The position numbers were made by a program, and so were the translations under genes. Shown piece after piece: positions 53,786-63,393 of a DNA stretch of 64,000 bases. The stretch is from NCBI GenBank assembly GCA_017577895.2, contig PKQY02000004.1, forward strand, positions 4,834 to 68,833. The letters run 5' to 3'. The notes below the pieces were generated by a model. It was not told the DNA's origin and ran no database searches. It saw only the letters and a list, made by a program, of their open reading frames with translations. The stretch's first letter is position 1. Each line of letters opens with the position of its first letter. This stretch comes from Bacillota bacterium. GTDB taxonomy: Bacteria > Bacillota > Bacilli > ZCTH02-B2.

Positions 53786-54747
53786 CAGACCAACACTCCT
53801 AAATAAAGGCCGAATCCGGCAAACAAAAAGCCGATCAGCCAAAACGTCACGACCACCCGCCATTCGGACCAGCCCGACAACTCAAAATGGTGATGGATGG
53901 GGCTCATCCGAAACACCCGTTTTTTGCGCAATTTGTAAGAAACGACCTGGATAATCACCGACAGCGCTTCGATGACGTACACGCCGCCGATGACGATGAG
54001 CAACAATTCGGTTTTCGTCAAGACAGCGATGGCCGCCAGCGCCCCGCCGATGGCCAATGAACCGGTGTCGCCCATAAACACTTTCGCCGGATGGGCATTA
54101 AAGACGAGAAAGCCCAACACCGCCCCCATCATGGCGCAACTGAAGAGCGCCACTTCCGGTTTCATATACACCCATGCAATGATGGCATAAGCCGCAAACG
54201 TAATCGCCGACGTCCCGGCCAACAGCCCGTCCAGCCCGTCGGTCAAATTGACGGCATTGGTCGTCGCCAAATTGATGAGAATGAGGAGGAGAAAATACGC
54301 CCACCCCAGGTCGATTTCCCAAGTGGTACCAGGGATGGTCACCGCAAACGGGTGATTCATCCGTTGCAAGAACAAAAACACGGTCAACGCCAACAAGAGC
54401 TGCATGAACAGTTTTTGCGTCGCCGTCAAACCGAGGTTCCGCTTCAACACGACTTTGATGAAATCGTCCAAAAAACCGATGAGGCCGTACCCGAGCATTG
54501 ACAACAACAAGACGCCCAACTCCGGCGTCATTTCGGCAAACAGAAACGTGGTCAACAACGCGGCCAACATAATGACGAGGCCGCCCATGGTCGGCGTCCC
54601 GGCCTTTTTTTGATGCCCTTTAGGCCCTTCTTCCCGGATGTATTGCCGAAACTTCAGCCGACGCAACACCGGGATGAACAAAGGCGAAAGGAGAAGGGCG
54701 AGCATAAATGCTGCAAACACCGTCAAAATCATTGGCCGAATGTCCAT
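53785..54747 (-). CDS. mraY: Phospho-MurNAc-pentapeptide translocase
   Basis: [39 protein letters not shown]. Confidence 0.97.
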   Translation of the reverse strand: MDIRPMILTVFAAFMLALLLSPLFIPVLRRLKFRQYIREEGPKGHQKKAGTPTMGGLVIMLAALLTTFLFAEMTPELGVLLLSMLGYGLIGFLDDFIKVVLKRNLGLTATQKLFMQLLLALTVFLFLQRMNHPFAVTIPGTTWEIDLGWAYFLLLILINLATTNAVNLTDGLDGLLAGTSAITFAAYAIIAWVYMKPEVALFSCAMMGAVLGFLVFNAHPAKVFMGDTGSLAIGGALAAIAVLTKTELLLIVIGGVYVIEALSVIIQVVSYKLRKKRVFRMSPIHHHFELSGWSEWRVVVTFWLIGFLFAGFGLYLGVLV

Positions 54748-56141
54748 GAACCTTCCCCTCGCAACGCTTCGATAATCTTCTCCATCCGCATGCCCCGCGA
54801 ACCCTTAACCAGCAACACCGTTCCCGGTTTGGTCCAAGACCGCAACGCCTGCGCCATCACTTGCGGATCGTCCGTATGGAAAATCCGGTCAACGGGAAAA
54901 CCGAGCCGCTCAGCCTCCAAGGAAATCCAACGGGCACGGGAACCGTACGTGAACAAGCCGTCCAACCACGACGGCGACAATTGATGGGCCACTTGCCGAT
55001 GCAAGGTCTCTTCTTGTGCACCGAGTTCCAACATATCGCCGAGCAACGCCAGTTTGATGGAAAAACCGTCCAATTCGGCCAACAACTCCAGCGCCGCCCG
55101 CATGGAGGTCGGGCTGGCGTTGTAAGCATCCATTAAGATTTGCATGCCGTTGGGCCCTTTTTGGGGTTCCATGCGCATCCCGCTCAGTTGGACTGCCTGC
55201 AAGCCTTGCTGAATTTGCGATTCCGAAAGGCCAAAGTAGAGGGCGCACAAGACGGCGGCCAGCACATTTTGCAACATATGCCGGCCGATGAGCGGCACCG
55301 TCAACGGGTGAACGGTCCGGTTCGTCGTAAACCGGGTTTGCCACCGGCCCGCCCGTTCTGCCGTCAACAGCCGCAAATCGTTGCCGTCCCCAAACCCAAA
55401 CCGGTACACCGCACCGTCATACGGAACCGTCCGCAACAGAGGCTCGTCGCCGTTGACAATCAAAGCGCCGTTCCGATTCAATCCATGAACGATTTCCAAT
55501 TTGGCGGCAGCGATGGCTTCCCGGGAACCGAGATGCTCCAGATGGGCGTCGCCGATATTCGTAATGATGCCGACATCCGGCCGGGCGAGGCGCGAGAGAA
55601 AGGCGATTTCTCCCGGATGATTCATCCCCATCTCCACCACCGCTACTTCCGCTTCTTGCGGAATGGCCAAGAGCGTCAAGGGCAAGCCGATGTGATTGTT
55701 CAAATTGCCGGCGGTCTTATGAACCCGGAACTGTTGCGCCAGCACCGCCGCCGTCACATCTTTCGTCGTCGTCTTGCCGTTGCTGCCGGTAATCGCCACC
55801 ACCCGTCCGCCCCATTCCTGCCGGTAGCGGTCAGCCATCCGCTGCAACGCTGCCAGCGGGTCATCCACGAAAATGAGGGGCAACGGGCCGTTGGCCGTCC
55901 ACTCGGCCGGCACCGGCCGATCCTTTGGATAAAGACTGGCCACGGCGCCTTTGGCTAACGCCTCCGGGATAAACTCACAACCGTCAAAACGTTCCCCTTT
56001 TAGCGGCACGAACAAATGCCCCGGCCTTACTTGTCGGCTGTCGGTCACGACACCATCACACGTCCGGGCCAGATCTTCCCCGGACCCGCACCAGACGCCA
56101 TCCACCATTTTGACCACGTGTTGGAGGGTGCGTTTCATCAT
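54729..56141 (-). CDS. murF: UDP-MurNAc-tripeptide:D-Ala-D-Ala ligase
   Basis: [46 protein letters not shown]. Confidence 0.96.
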   Translation of the reverse strand: MMKRTLQHVVKMVDGVWCGSGEDLARTCDGVVTDSRQVRPGHLFVPLKGERFDGCEFIPEALAKGAVASLYPKDRPVPAEWTANGPLPLIFVDDPLAALQRMADRYRQEWGGRVVAITGSNGKTTTKDVTAAVLAQQFRVHKTAGNLNNHIGLPLTLLAIPQEAEVAVVEMGMNHPGEIAFLSRLARPDVGIITNIGDAHLEHLGSREAIAAAKLEIVHGLNRNGALIVNGDEPLLRTVPYDGAVYRFGFGDGNDLRLLTAERAGRWQTRFTTNRTVHPLTVPLIGRHMLQNVLAAVLCALYFGLSESQIQQGLQAVQLSGMRMEPQKGPNGMQILMDAYNASPTSMRAALELLAELDGFSIKLALLGDMLELGAQEETLHRQVAHQLSPSWLDGLFTYGSRARWISLEAERLGFPVDRIFHTDDPQVMAQALRSWTKPGTVLLVKGSRGMRMEKIIEALRGEGSWTFGQ

Positions 56142-57619
56142 CGTTCTCCCGACTTTCTTCTTTCCTGCAGCGCCAACCGGGCCACTTCCCGATCGTCAAA
56201 GGGCAACGTCTGTTGGCCGACGATTTGGTACGTTTCGTGTCCTTTGCCGGCGATCAACACCGTATCTCCGGCCTTGGCCCGCCGGATGGCTTCAAAGATG
56301 GCTTCCCGGCGATCGACGATGCTGATCCAGCGGCCGGACTGGTTCAATACGCCTGCCGCCATGTCCGCCAAAATGCGCTCCGGATCTTCGGAACGGGGAT
56401 TGTCCGATGTGAACACGGCCAAATCGCTGTATTCCACCGCCACCTGGGCCATCAGCGGCCGCTTGCCGCGGTCCCGGTCGCCGCCGCAGCCGACCACGCA
56501 AATGATCCGTCCTGGGCTAAAGCCACGGATGGCCTGCAAAACGTTTTGCAAACTGTCGGGCGTATGGGCATAGTCGACAATGACATGAATATCGCCGCCC
56601 TCGTCGATCCGCTCAAACCGCCCCGGTACACCCGTCACCTGCTCCAGACTGGCACCGATTTGCTCCAAGTCCAAACCTTCCAACAGCGCCACCGTCATGG
56701 CGGCCAGCGCATTGTACACGTTGAACAGACCGACCAATTGCAACCGCAAGCGGATGGCACCATGAAACGTCTCCACATCCACGACCGTTCCGTCGGGCCG
56801 AAGCTCCATCTTCAGCGCCTTTACGTCCGCCGGTTTCCGTACGCCGTACGTGACGACCGGCTGGGCCGTCACTTGCGCCAAGCGATCAGCCGCCGGATCG
56901 TCGGCGTTGAGGACGGCAAATTGCGTCACATCGCCGTAACTGTTGCCCAAACCGGAAAACAAGAGGGACTTGGCCCACAAATATTCCTCCATCGTACCGT
57001 GAAAATCCAAATGATCCCGACTCAAATTCGTAAACACTGCCGTACGGAAAAAACAGCCCCGAACCCGGCCCAATTGCAAGGCGTGGGAAGAAACTTCCAT
57101 GACTGCATAATCGGCGCCTGCATCGACCATTTGCCGAAACATTTGTTGCAAATCGAGGGCGTCCGGCGTCGTGTTGTGGGAAGGAATCCACGTATCCCCC
57201 ACCTTATGTCGAATCGTGCCGATGAGACCGGTTTTGTGACCTGCGTCGGAAAAAATTTTTTCCAACAAATACGTGACGGTCGTTTTTCCATTCGTTCCCG
57301 TCACACCAATGAGCCGCAATTGTTGCGTCGGTTGGCGAAAAAAACGGTCGGCGATGATGGCCATGGCCCGCCGTGTATCGGTGACCCGCAACTGGGGTAC
57401 GGCCAGGGGCAAAAATCTTTCTACCAACAGGGCGCAAGCCCCTTTTTGGACGGCTTGTTCGGCAAAGTCATGGCCGTCCACTGTAAATCCCGGCAAACAA
57501 ATGAACAAGTCACCGGGCTTGACCCGGCGCGAATCGGCTGCAATGCCGTGAATGGCGGTCGATGCCTCTCCCCGGATTTCCGCCGTGATCAACCATCGTT
57601 GGATGTCGGCCAACAGCAT
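56138..57619 (-). CDS. murE: UDP-MurNAc-dipeptide:meso-diaminopimelate ligase
   Basis: TGTNGKTT, EVSSH, DHLDFH, VDYAHTPD, DNPR (meso-DAP specificity motif), GKGHE. Confidence 0.97.
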   Translation of the reverse strand: MLLADIQRWLITAEIRGEASTAIHGIAADSRRVKPGDLFICLPGFTVDGHDFAEQAVQKGACALLVERFLPLAVPQLRVTDTRRAMAIIADRFFRQPTQQLRLIGVTGTNGKTTVTYLLEKIFSDAGHKTGLIGTIRHKVGDTWIPSHNTTPDALDLQQMFRQMVDAGADYAVMEVSSHALQLGRVRGCFFRTAVFTNLSRDHLDFHGTMEEYLWAKSLLFSGLGNSYGDVTQFAVLNADDPAADRLAQVTAQPVVTYGVRKPADVKALKMELRPDGTVVDVETFHGAIRLRLQLVGLFNVYNALAAMTVALLEGLDLEQIGASLEQVTGVPGRFERIDEGGDIHVIVDYAHTPDSLQNVLQAIRGFSPGRIICVVGCGGDRDRGKRPLMAQVAVEYSDLAVFTSDNPRSEDPERILADMAAGVLNQSGRWISIVDRREAIFEAIRRAKAGDTVLIAGKGHETYQIVGQQTLPFDDREVARLALQERRKSGER

Positions 57620-57714
57620 GAATCGGCCCCCTTATCCCCATTATAAACATCCCGGCCCTCTTTCTAATCAACATATCGGAGAACCATCACTTTATACCAA
57701 ATCGCGCTTGCAAA

Positions 57715-57750
57715 GTAAGAACCCCCATGCCAATTGTCTGGCGGGGGCCT
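57715..57750 (-). terminator. Possible terminator after spoVD
   Basis: GGCCCCCGCCA-gacaat-TGGCatGGGGGTT followed by CTTACTTT; bulged stem and weak U tract. Confidence 0.4.
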
Positions 57751-57786
57751 TCCATTTCATTGTAGAACGCCGCCGTGTATTTGTCA

Positions 57787-59706
57787 TCATCTTTCAGCGT
57801 CACCTAAATAAATGCGGATTGTCGCATCGCTCTGTACTTTGACGCCGGGTTTGGGTGCTTGATTGATGACGCGATCGCCTTCACCGAACGTCTCCAAGCG
57901 AAAACCGAATTGGCTCATTTGGATGTCCTTGACACTGGCACCCACCAGATCGGGCACTTCCACCAAAGGCCGTTCGTTGAAGCGAATTTCTTTCGGTATT
58001 TGATCTTTTCGCGGTTCCACTCGCAAATAATGGAGACTGTCTTCCATAATGTTGCGGACAATCGGAGCGGCTACGACGCCGCCAAATTGAATCCCTTTCG
58101 GATTGTCCACCGCCACATAAACGAGGATTTGCGGATTGTCGGCCGGAGCAAAACCGATAAAGGAAACGATGTGATTGTTGGGCAAATATTTGCCGCCCGG
58201 CCCGACTTTTTGCGCCGTTCCCGTCTTTCCGCCTACCCGATAGCCGTCGATATAGGCGTTCATTCCCGTCCCGCGGGCCACCACACTTTCCAGAGCGAGC
58301 CGCACTTTTTGGGACGTTTCCGGAGAGATGACGCGGCGAATCACTTCCGGTTCAAACCGCTGAATCACTTCCCCGGTTTCGGGATCTTGGATTTGTTTGG
58401 CCAAATGGGGCTTCATCAACTTGCCGCCGTTGATGGCCGCCGCCACCGCCGTCACCTGTTGCAGCGGCGTCACCGAAACGCCTTGCCCAAAGGACGTGGT
58501 GGCCAACTCCACCGGTCCGACCTTCTCCAAAGGGAATAAAATCCCCGCGGCCTCACCGTTCAAATCGATGCCGGTTTTGCTGCCGAAACCAAAATCGCGA
58601 ATGTATTGAAACAACAACTCTTTCCCGAGCCGTTGTCCGATTTCAATAAAACCGGGGTTGCAGGAGTTTTCCACCACTTCCAGAAACGTTTGATGCCCGT
58701 GCCCTCCTGCTTTCCAACAGCGGATTTTGGCCCCGGCCACGATAGCATGGCCCGGATCGTAAAACGTGTCATTCAAGTCAATTTTTTTCTCTTCCAACGC
58801 CGCCGCCAAGGTGATGATTTTAAACGTGGAACCCGGCTCATAAGCCATCCAAATGGGCAACACCCGGTTATACACTTCGGGCGGATAACGTGAAAATTGC
58901 CCCGGATGATACGTCGGGCGGCTAGCCATCCCTAAAATTTCACCGGTGTTCGGATTCATGGCAATGGCCAAAGCGTGGTCCGCTTCGTACTGCAACATCG
59001 CCTGATCCAATTCCCGTTCAATAAACGACTGGATGGATTTGTCCAGCGTGAGCACTAAATCGTATCCGTCCTGGGGGGCACGATAGCCTTCCTCCAAACC
59101 GGGAATTTCCCGCCCCCGCGCGTCGGCCATGAAGGAGATGGCCCCTTTTTTCCCTTGCAACACGTGATCGTATTTGTACTCGACACCGGCCAGCCCGCCG
59201 TCGACTCCCGTAAACCCCAACACATGGGCCGCAAACGTGCCATAAGGATAATACCGCTTGCTGTCATCGGCGATGACGATGCCCGGAATTTTCAGATCCC
59301 GCACTTGTTGGGCTTTTTCCGGGCTGATTTGGCGGCCTTCCGGGACAATCCGCACAAGCAACTGCCGCTTTGTCAACAGTTGGTACAACCGCTCTTCATC
59401 CATGCCCAACACGTTTCCCAACTGCCGGGCCGCTTCCCGCGGCGACTGAATTTGCGCCGGAATGGCCAAGACCGAAGGCGCACTGACGTTGTAAGCCAGC
59501 ACGACTCCATTGCGGTCGAGAATCTTCCCCCGCATCGGTTCAAAGGGCACTTCCCGATTCCACAAATCATGGGCTTTTTCCATCAACCATTCGCCTTGAA
59601 ACAACTGGAGGTACGCCAGTCGCCCGAGCAGGAGCAAAAACAAACACAGGGCAAAAACGAGACACAAAAACAGCCGCCGCCGGAATACCGCCCTTGAAAA
59701 CCGCAT
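57787..59706 (-). CDS. spoVD: Sporulation class B penicillin-binding protein SpoVD
   Basis: EPGSTFK, SCN, KTGTAQ; Cys pair (RCWK...NSCN) typical of SpoVD; one C-terminal PASTA domain. Confidence 0.95.
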   Translation of the reverse strand: MRFSRAVFRRRLFLCLVFALCLFLLLLGRLAYLQLFQGEWLMEKAHDLWNREVPFEPMRGKILDRNGVVLAYNVSAPSVLAIPAQIQSPREAARQLGNVLGMDEERLYQLLTKRQLLVRIVPEGRQISPEKAQQVRDLKIPGIVIADDSKRYYPYGTFAAHVLGFTGVDGGLAGVEYKYDHVLQGKKGAISFMADARGREIPGLEEGYRAPQDGYDLVLTLDKSIQSFIERELDQAMLQYEADHALAIAMNPNTGEILGMASRPTYHPGQFSRYPPEVYNRVLPIWMAYEPGSTFKIITLAAALEEKKIDLNDTFYDPGHAIVAGAKIRCWKAGGHGHQTFLEVVENSCNPGFIEIGQRLGKELLFQYIRDFGFGSKTGIDLNGEAAGILFPLEKVGPVELATTSFGQGVSVTPLQQVTAVAAAINGGKLMKPHLAKQIQDPETGEVIQRFEPEVIRRVISPETSQKVRLALESVVARGTGMNAYIDGYRVGGKTGTAQKVGPGGKYLPNNHIVSFIGFAPADNPQILVYVAVDNPKGIQFGGVVAAPIVRNIMEDSLHYLRVEPRKDQIPKEIRFNERPLVEVPDLVGASVKDIQMSQFGFRLETFGEGDRVINQAPKPGVKVQSDATIRIYLGDAER

Positions 59707-59726
59707 CCTCCTCCCCCCTGCTCCCT

Positions 59727-59755
59727 ACTGTATTCGCAGAGGGACAAGGATAGAA
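59727..59755 (-). promoter_or_regulatory. Putative SigE promoter for spoVD
   Basis: TTCTATC-N14-AATACAGT upstream of SD GGAGG. Confidence 0.5.
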
Positions 59756-59760
59756 CGGTT

Positions 59761-61470
59761 TTAAGAATCGGTCGGCACTTGCAAATAGTGTAATGTGTTG
59801 CGCATAATCTCCTGGAAAATGGGCGCCGCCACCGTGCTGCCGTAGTAACCGCCCTTGGGCGCGTCTACCGCCACGTATACGAGGATGACCGGTTGGTCGG
59901 CCGGGGCGAAACCGATAAACGAGGCAATGTACTCGCCTTCGATCAATTTTCCGGTCCTTTCGTCAAACTTTTGCGCTGTACCGGTCTTGCCGGCCACCCG
60001 GTACCCTTCCAAATAGGCAGCATGGCCGCTCCCATCCGAAACGACGCTTTCCAATATTTCCCGCACCATTCGGGACGTCTCCGGGCGAATGACTTGCTCA
60101 CCCGCCGGCGGTTCAAATTGCCGCAACACTTGCCCGTCTTTTTCGATGCGTTGAATAATCGTCACCGGCAACATCTTTCCGCCGTTGGCGATGGCTCCCA
60201 CCGCCGCCACTTGCTGGATGGGCGTCACCGACACGGCTTGTCCGAAAGAAATGGCGGCCAAATCCCGCACCGGAAGACGTCCAGAACCGTCCGGCACCCG
60301 TCCCACCACTTCGCCCGGCAACTCGATGCCGGTTTTTTGGGCAAAGCCGAACCGATGGATGTACTGGATGAGCCGCTCTTGTCCTAACCGCTCCACACCC
60401 AACTTGGCAAACAAAACGTTACTGGAATGTTGAACGCCCTCCAGAAACGTAATTTGCCCCCATCCGCGGCCGTTGTTATGGTCCCGAACCGGAATCCGGG
60501 ACCCTTTCACCCAGTACGTCCCGGACATGTACGTCTCGTCCGGTCGAAACATCCCTTCTTCGATGGCCGCCGCCAACGTGATGATTTTGAACGTCGACCC
60601 CGGTTCAAACGGATAACTGACAGCGTAGTTGTTGTAATTTTCAATCTTCCAGTATTGGTTCGGATCGAAACCGGGCCGCACGGCCATGGCTAAAATTTCG
60701 CCGGTATTCGGATCGGAAACAATCGCCACCATCCGCTTGGGCTCATAGGTCGCTTGAGCCCGATCCAGCGCTTGTTCGACAAACCGTTGGATATTGCGAT
60801 CGATGGTCAAATACACGTCCGCCCCGTCTTCCGCCGGTACGTATTCCAACTCTCCATTGGGCAACGGAATGCCTCGGGCATCTTTGACGAAACGGCTTTT
60901 GCCTTCCGTACCCTTCAGCCATTCGTCCATCGACAACTCCAGACCCATCTTCGCATTGCCTTCTAAATCCACGTAACCGAGCAAATGGGCTGCCAACGTT
61001 TTGTTGGGGTAAAACCGCCGTGTTTCTTCCATCAAATGAATGCCGGGCAACTCCAGCGCCTGGATGGCTTTTGCTTTTTCCACGTCGATTTTCCAGCCGC
61101 CCTGCCGCAATTCCACTTGATACGCATCCTTCGTCAGCTGCTTATAAAGGATGGCCTCCGACGTGCCCAAAACCGGGGCCAGGCGCCGGGCCGTCATGAC
61201 CGGATCTTCCACGTGGTTCGGGTCTTTCTCCGACAGCGTGGCCACGACGGTAAAGGCCGGCGCGTCGTAAGCCAGCGTTTCGCCATTGCGATCGTACAAT
61301 TTTCCTCGTTCCGGGCGGAGTATCTCATGCCGGTTCCAGACGTGAGTCGCCTTTTCCTGCAGCCAGGCCGCATCCACCACCTGCAACATGAAGATTTTCA
61401 CCAGCAAAACGAGAAACAACGCGCTTAAAAACAATCCGAGCGCTAACGTCCGCATGCCGATGCGCCGCAA
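59761..61470 (-). CDS. pbpB: Division class B PBP (PBP2B/FtsI ortholog), no PASTA domains
   Basis: TM helix, RGKLYDRNG, RFYP, EPGSTFK, SSN, KTGTAQ; between ftsL and spoVD; ends YLQVPTDS*. Confidence 0.9.
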   Translation of the reverse strand: MRRIGMRTLALGLFLSALFLVLLVKIFMLQVVDAAWLQEKATHVWNRHEILRPERGKLYDRNGETLAYDAPAFTVVATLSEKDPNHVEDPVMTARRLAPVLGTSEAILYKQLTKDAYQVELRQGGWKIDVEKAKAIQALELPGIHLMEETRRFYPNKTLAAHLLGYVDLEGNAKMGLELSMDEWLKGTEGKSRFVKDARGIPLPNGELEYVPAEDGADVYLTIDRNIQRFVEQALDRAQATYEPKRMVAIVSDPNTGEILAMAVRPGFDPNQYWKIENYNNYAVSYPFEPGSTFKIITLAAAIEEGMFRPDETYMSGTYWVKGSRIPVRDHNNGRGWGQITFLEGVQHSSNVLFAKLGVERLGQERLIQYIHRFGFAQKTGIELPGEVVGRVPDGSGRLPVRDLAAISFGQAVSVTPIQQVAAVGAIANGGKMLPVTIIQRIEKDGQVLRQFEPPAGEQVIRPETSRMVREILESVVSDGSGHAAYLEGYRVAGKTGTAQKFDERTGKLIEGEYIASFIGFAPADQPVILVYVAVDAPKGGYYGSTVAAPIFQEIMRNTLHYLQVPTDS

Positions 61471-61484
61471 GGCATCTCATCCTT

Positions 61485-61844
61485 TCAACGGCCAGGCAAC
61501 ACCACGAGCCGGTCTTCACTAAACGACATGCCTAATTCTTGCGCTTTACTGGTGATAATTTCCGCCGTACTGCGCTTTTCCAAATCGACGCGCATCTGAA
61601 CCGTCCGTTCCCGTTCTTCTTCCAGATGGTGGCGCAATTCCTGCACTTCATAGTTGATGGCCGCCGACATGCCATATAAAGAGATCAAATAAGCGGCTGC
61701 GCCGATGGTCACCGCCAGGCACAACAAGTAAAACAGCTTTTCCCCCATGGACAACCCAGCTCGGACAATCCGGGTCCGTTTGACGACGCGCGTTTTCGGT
61801 TCCGGCCGGACGGCCAAATTTCCACGCAACATCCGCTGACTCAC
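61485..61844 (-). CDS. ftsL: Cell division protein FtsL
   Basis: GNLA, EKLFYL TM helix, coiled coil, AQELGM; GTG after SD GGAGG; rsmH-ftsL-pbpB synteny. Confidence 0.88.
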   Translation of the reverse strand: MSQRMLRGNLAVRPEPKTRVVKRTRIVRAGLSMGEKLFYLLCLAVTIGAAAYLISLYGMSAAINYEVQELRHHLEEERERTVQMRVDLEKRSTAEIITSKAQELGMSFSEDRLVVLPGR

Positions 61845-61875
61845 GCTGTCCCCTCCTCGAAGCCCGATGGTTCTA

Positions 61876-62808
61876 TCACTCACATTTCTCGACGACCCGC
61901 AATTTGGCGGAACGAGCGCGCGGATTTTGCCGCACTTCATCATCCGATGGCGTCACCGGCCGGCGGGTCAAAAGACGGGCTTGCGGCTGTCGGTTACACG
62001 TACATACCGGAAAAGACGGAGGGCAAACACATCCGGTAGCCCATTCGACAAACTGCCGTTTGCAGATCCGGTCTTCCAAGGAATGAAACGTGATGACGGC
62101 GATTCTGCCGCCCGGACGCAGGCGTCCCAACGCCTGCTCCAGCCCTTCCTTCAGGGCATCCAGCTCGTCATTGACCGCGATGCGGATAGCCTGAAACGTC
62201 CGGCGGGCCGGATGCGGTCCGCTGCGGCGGGCAGGCGCCGGAATGGCCGATTTGACGATCTCCGCCAACTGCCCCGTGGTGTCGATGCTGTGCCTTTTCC
62301 GCCGTTCGACGATGGCACGGGCAATTTGCGGCGCAAAGCGCTCTTCACCATACCGATACAAAATGTCCCGCAGGCGAGCCTCCGTCCAATGATTCACCAC
62401 TTCCCAAGCGGACAGCGGTTGGCTTTGATCCATGCGCATGTCCAAACGATGGTCGTGATGATAACTGAATCCCCGTTCCGACGTATCCACCTGCATGGAC
62501 GAAATGCCTAAATCGAACAAAAATCCGTCGGCAACGATCACACCCATTTGGTCCAACACCGTGCCCAAATGGCGGAAATTGGCTTTCACCAACGTCACCC
62601 GTTCCCCATAAGGTGCCAGCCGTTCCCGGGCGATGCGCAAAGCCGCCTCGTCCTGGTCGATGCCGATGAGCCTCCCCCGCTCGTCCAACCGCTTTAAGAT
62701 GGCTTCGCTGTGGCCGCCGGCCCCCACCGTGCAGTCCACATAAATCCCATCCCGACGTGTCAGCAGCCGTTCCACCGCTTCTTCCAGCAACACCGATTGA
62801 TGTGACAA
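61876..62808 (-). CDS. rsmH: 16S rRNA m4C1402 methyltransferase
   Basis: HQSVLLEE, DCTVGAGGHS, DLGISS, LDMRM, FQAIRIAVN, FHSLEDR, NPRARSAKLR. Confidence 0.97.
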   Translation of the reverse strand: MSHQSVLLEEAVERLLTRRDGIYVDCTVGAGGHSEAILKRLDERGRLIGIDQDEAALRIARERLAPYGERVTLVKANFRHLGTVLDQMGVIVADGFLFDLGISSMQVDTSERGFSYHHDHRLDMRMDQSQPLSAWEVVNHWTEARLRDILYRYGEERFAPQIARAIVERRKRHSIDTTGQLAEIVKSAIPAPARRSGPHPARRTFQAIRIAVNDELDALKEGLEQALGRLRPGGRIAVITFHSLEDRICKRQFVEWATGCVCPPSFPVCTCNRQPQARLLTRRPVTPSDDEVRQNPRARSAKLRVVEKCE

Positions 62809-62831
62809 AATGCGTCCAACTCCTTTGAAGA

Positions 62832-63260
62832 TCAAAATTGCAACTCCAGCTTTTCGGCAATTTCGCTAAAACTGCTGGCCGACTGCTGAAAATAGCTTTC
62901 CCAGATCGGTTGGCTCCAAATTTCCACCCGGGTCGAAACCCCGATGATGGCACAGTCTTTTTCCAATTGAGCATATTCCCGTAACGGCTGCGGCAAGTTC
63001 ACCCGGCCCTGTTTGTCCAATTCACACTCCACCGCTCCTGAAAAGAAAAAACGGGTAAACGCCCGCACATCCGCACTCGTAAAGGGCAAGCTTTTCAGCT
63101 TTGCCTCGATTTGTTGCCATTCGTGGGCAGGAAATACGAACAGGCAACGGTCCAAGCCGCGGGTGATCACAAAGGTGTCGCCCAGTTCTTCTCGGAATTT
63201 CGCAGGAATGATGAGGCGTCCTTTCGCATCGATCGTGTGATAATACTCACCCATCAGCAT
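62832..63260 (-). CDS. mraZ: Division/cell wall cluster repressor MraZ
   Basis: [31 protein letters not shown]. Confidence 0.97.
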   Translation of the reverse strand: MLMGEYYHTIDAKGRLIIPAKFREELGDTFVITRGLDRCLFVFPAHEWQQIEAKLKSLPFTSADVRAFTRFFFSGAVECELDKQGRVNLPQPLREYAQLEKDCAIIGVSTRVEIWSQPIWESYFQQSASSFSEIAEKLELQF

Positions 63261-63268
63261 GGCCCGTC

Positions 63269-63315
63269 ACCCACATTTTCTCCACTTCCCCCCACTATAC
63301 CCCACTTTCCACCAC
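63269..63315 (-). promoter_or_regulatory. MraZ-binding repeats
   Basis: GTGGTG-gaaa-GTGGGG-tata-GTGGGG-ggaa-GTGGAG-aaaat-GTGGGT: GTGG at a 10-11 bp period upstream of mraZ. Confidence 0.85.
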
Positions 63316-63327
63316 TCAGTTTCCCAT

Positions 63328-63354
63328 ATTCGCCGCACAAAACAAAAATCCTGC
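63328..63354 (-). promoter_or_regulatory. SigH-type promoter of mraZ
   Basis: GCAGGATTT-N11-GGCGAAT. Confidence 0.6.
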
Positions 63355-63375
63355 TCCTCAGAGCAGGATATTTTT
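63344..63375. terminator. Bidirectional intrinsic terminator after ahcY
   Basis: ATCCTGCTC-ctca-GAGCAGGAT flanked by an A run and a T run. Confidence 0.8.
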
Positions 63376-63393
63376 GTAAAAAGTGATGAAGCT

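Noticed and set aside
54729-56141. murF inside the dcw cluster
   Set aside because: This is the ancestral arrangement in many bacteria; B. subtilis is the exception.
56213-57646. 477-aa plus-strand ORF antisense to murE; similar ones at 50006-51364, 954-2111, 25400-26494 and 26603-27751
   Set aside because: Same shadow-frame artefact, seen throughout the window; none resembles a protein family.
63269-63315. Periodic CCAC repeats as a CRISPR array, iteron set or G-quadruplex
   Set aside because: Period, sequence and position match known MraZ-binding repeats; there are no spacers or cas genes.
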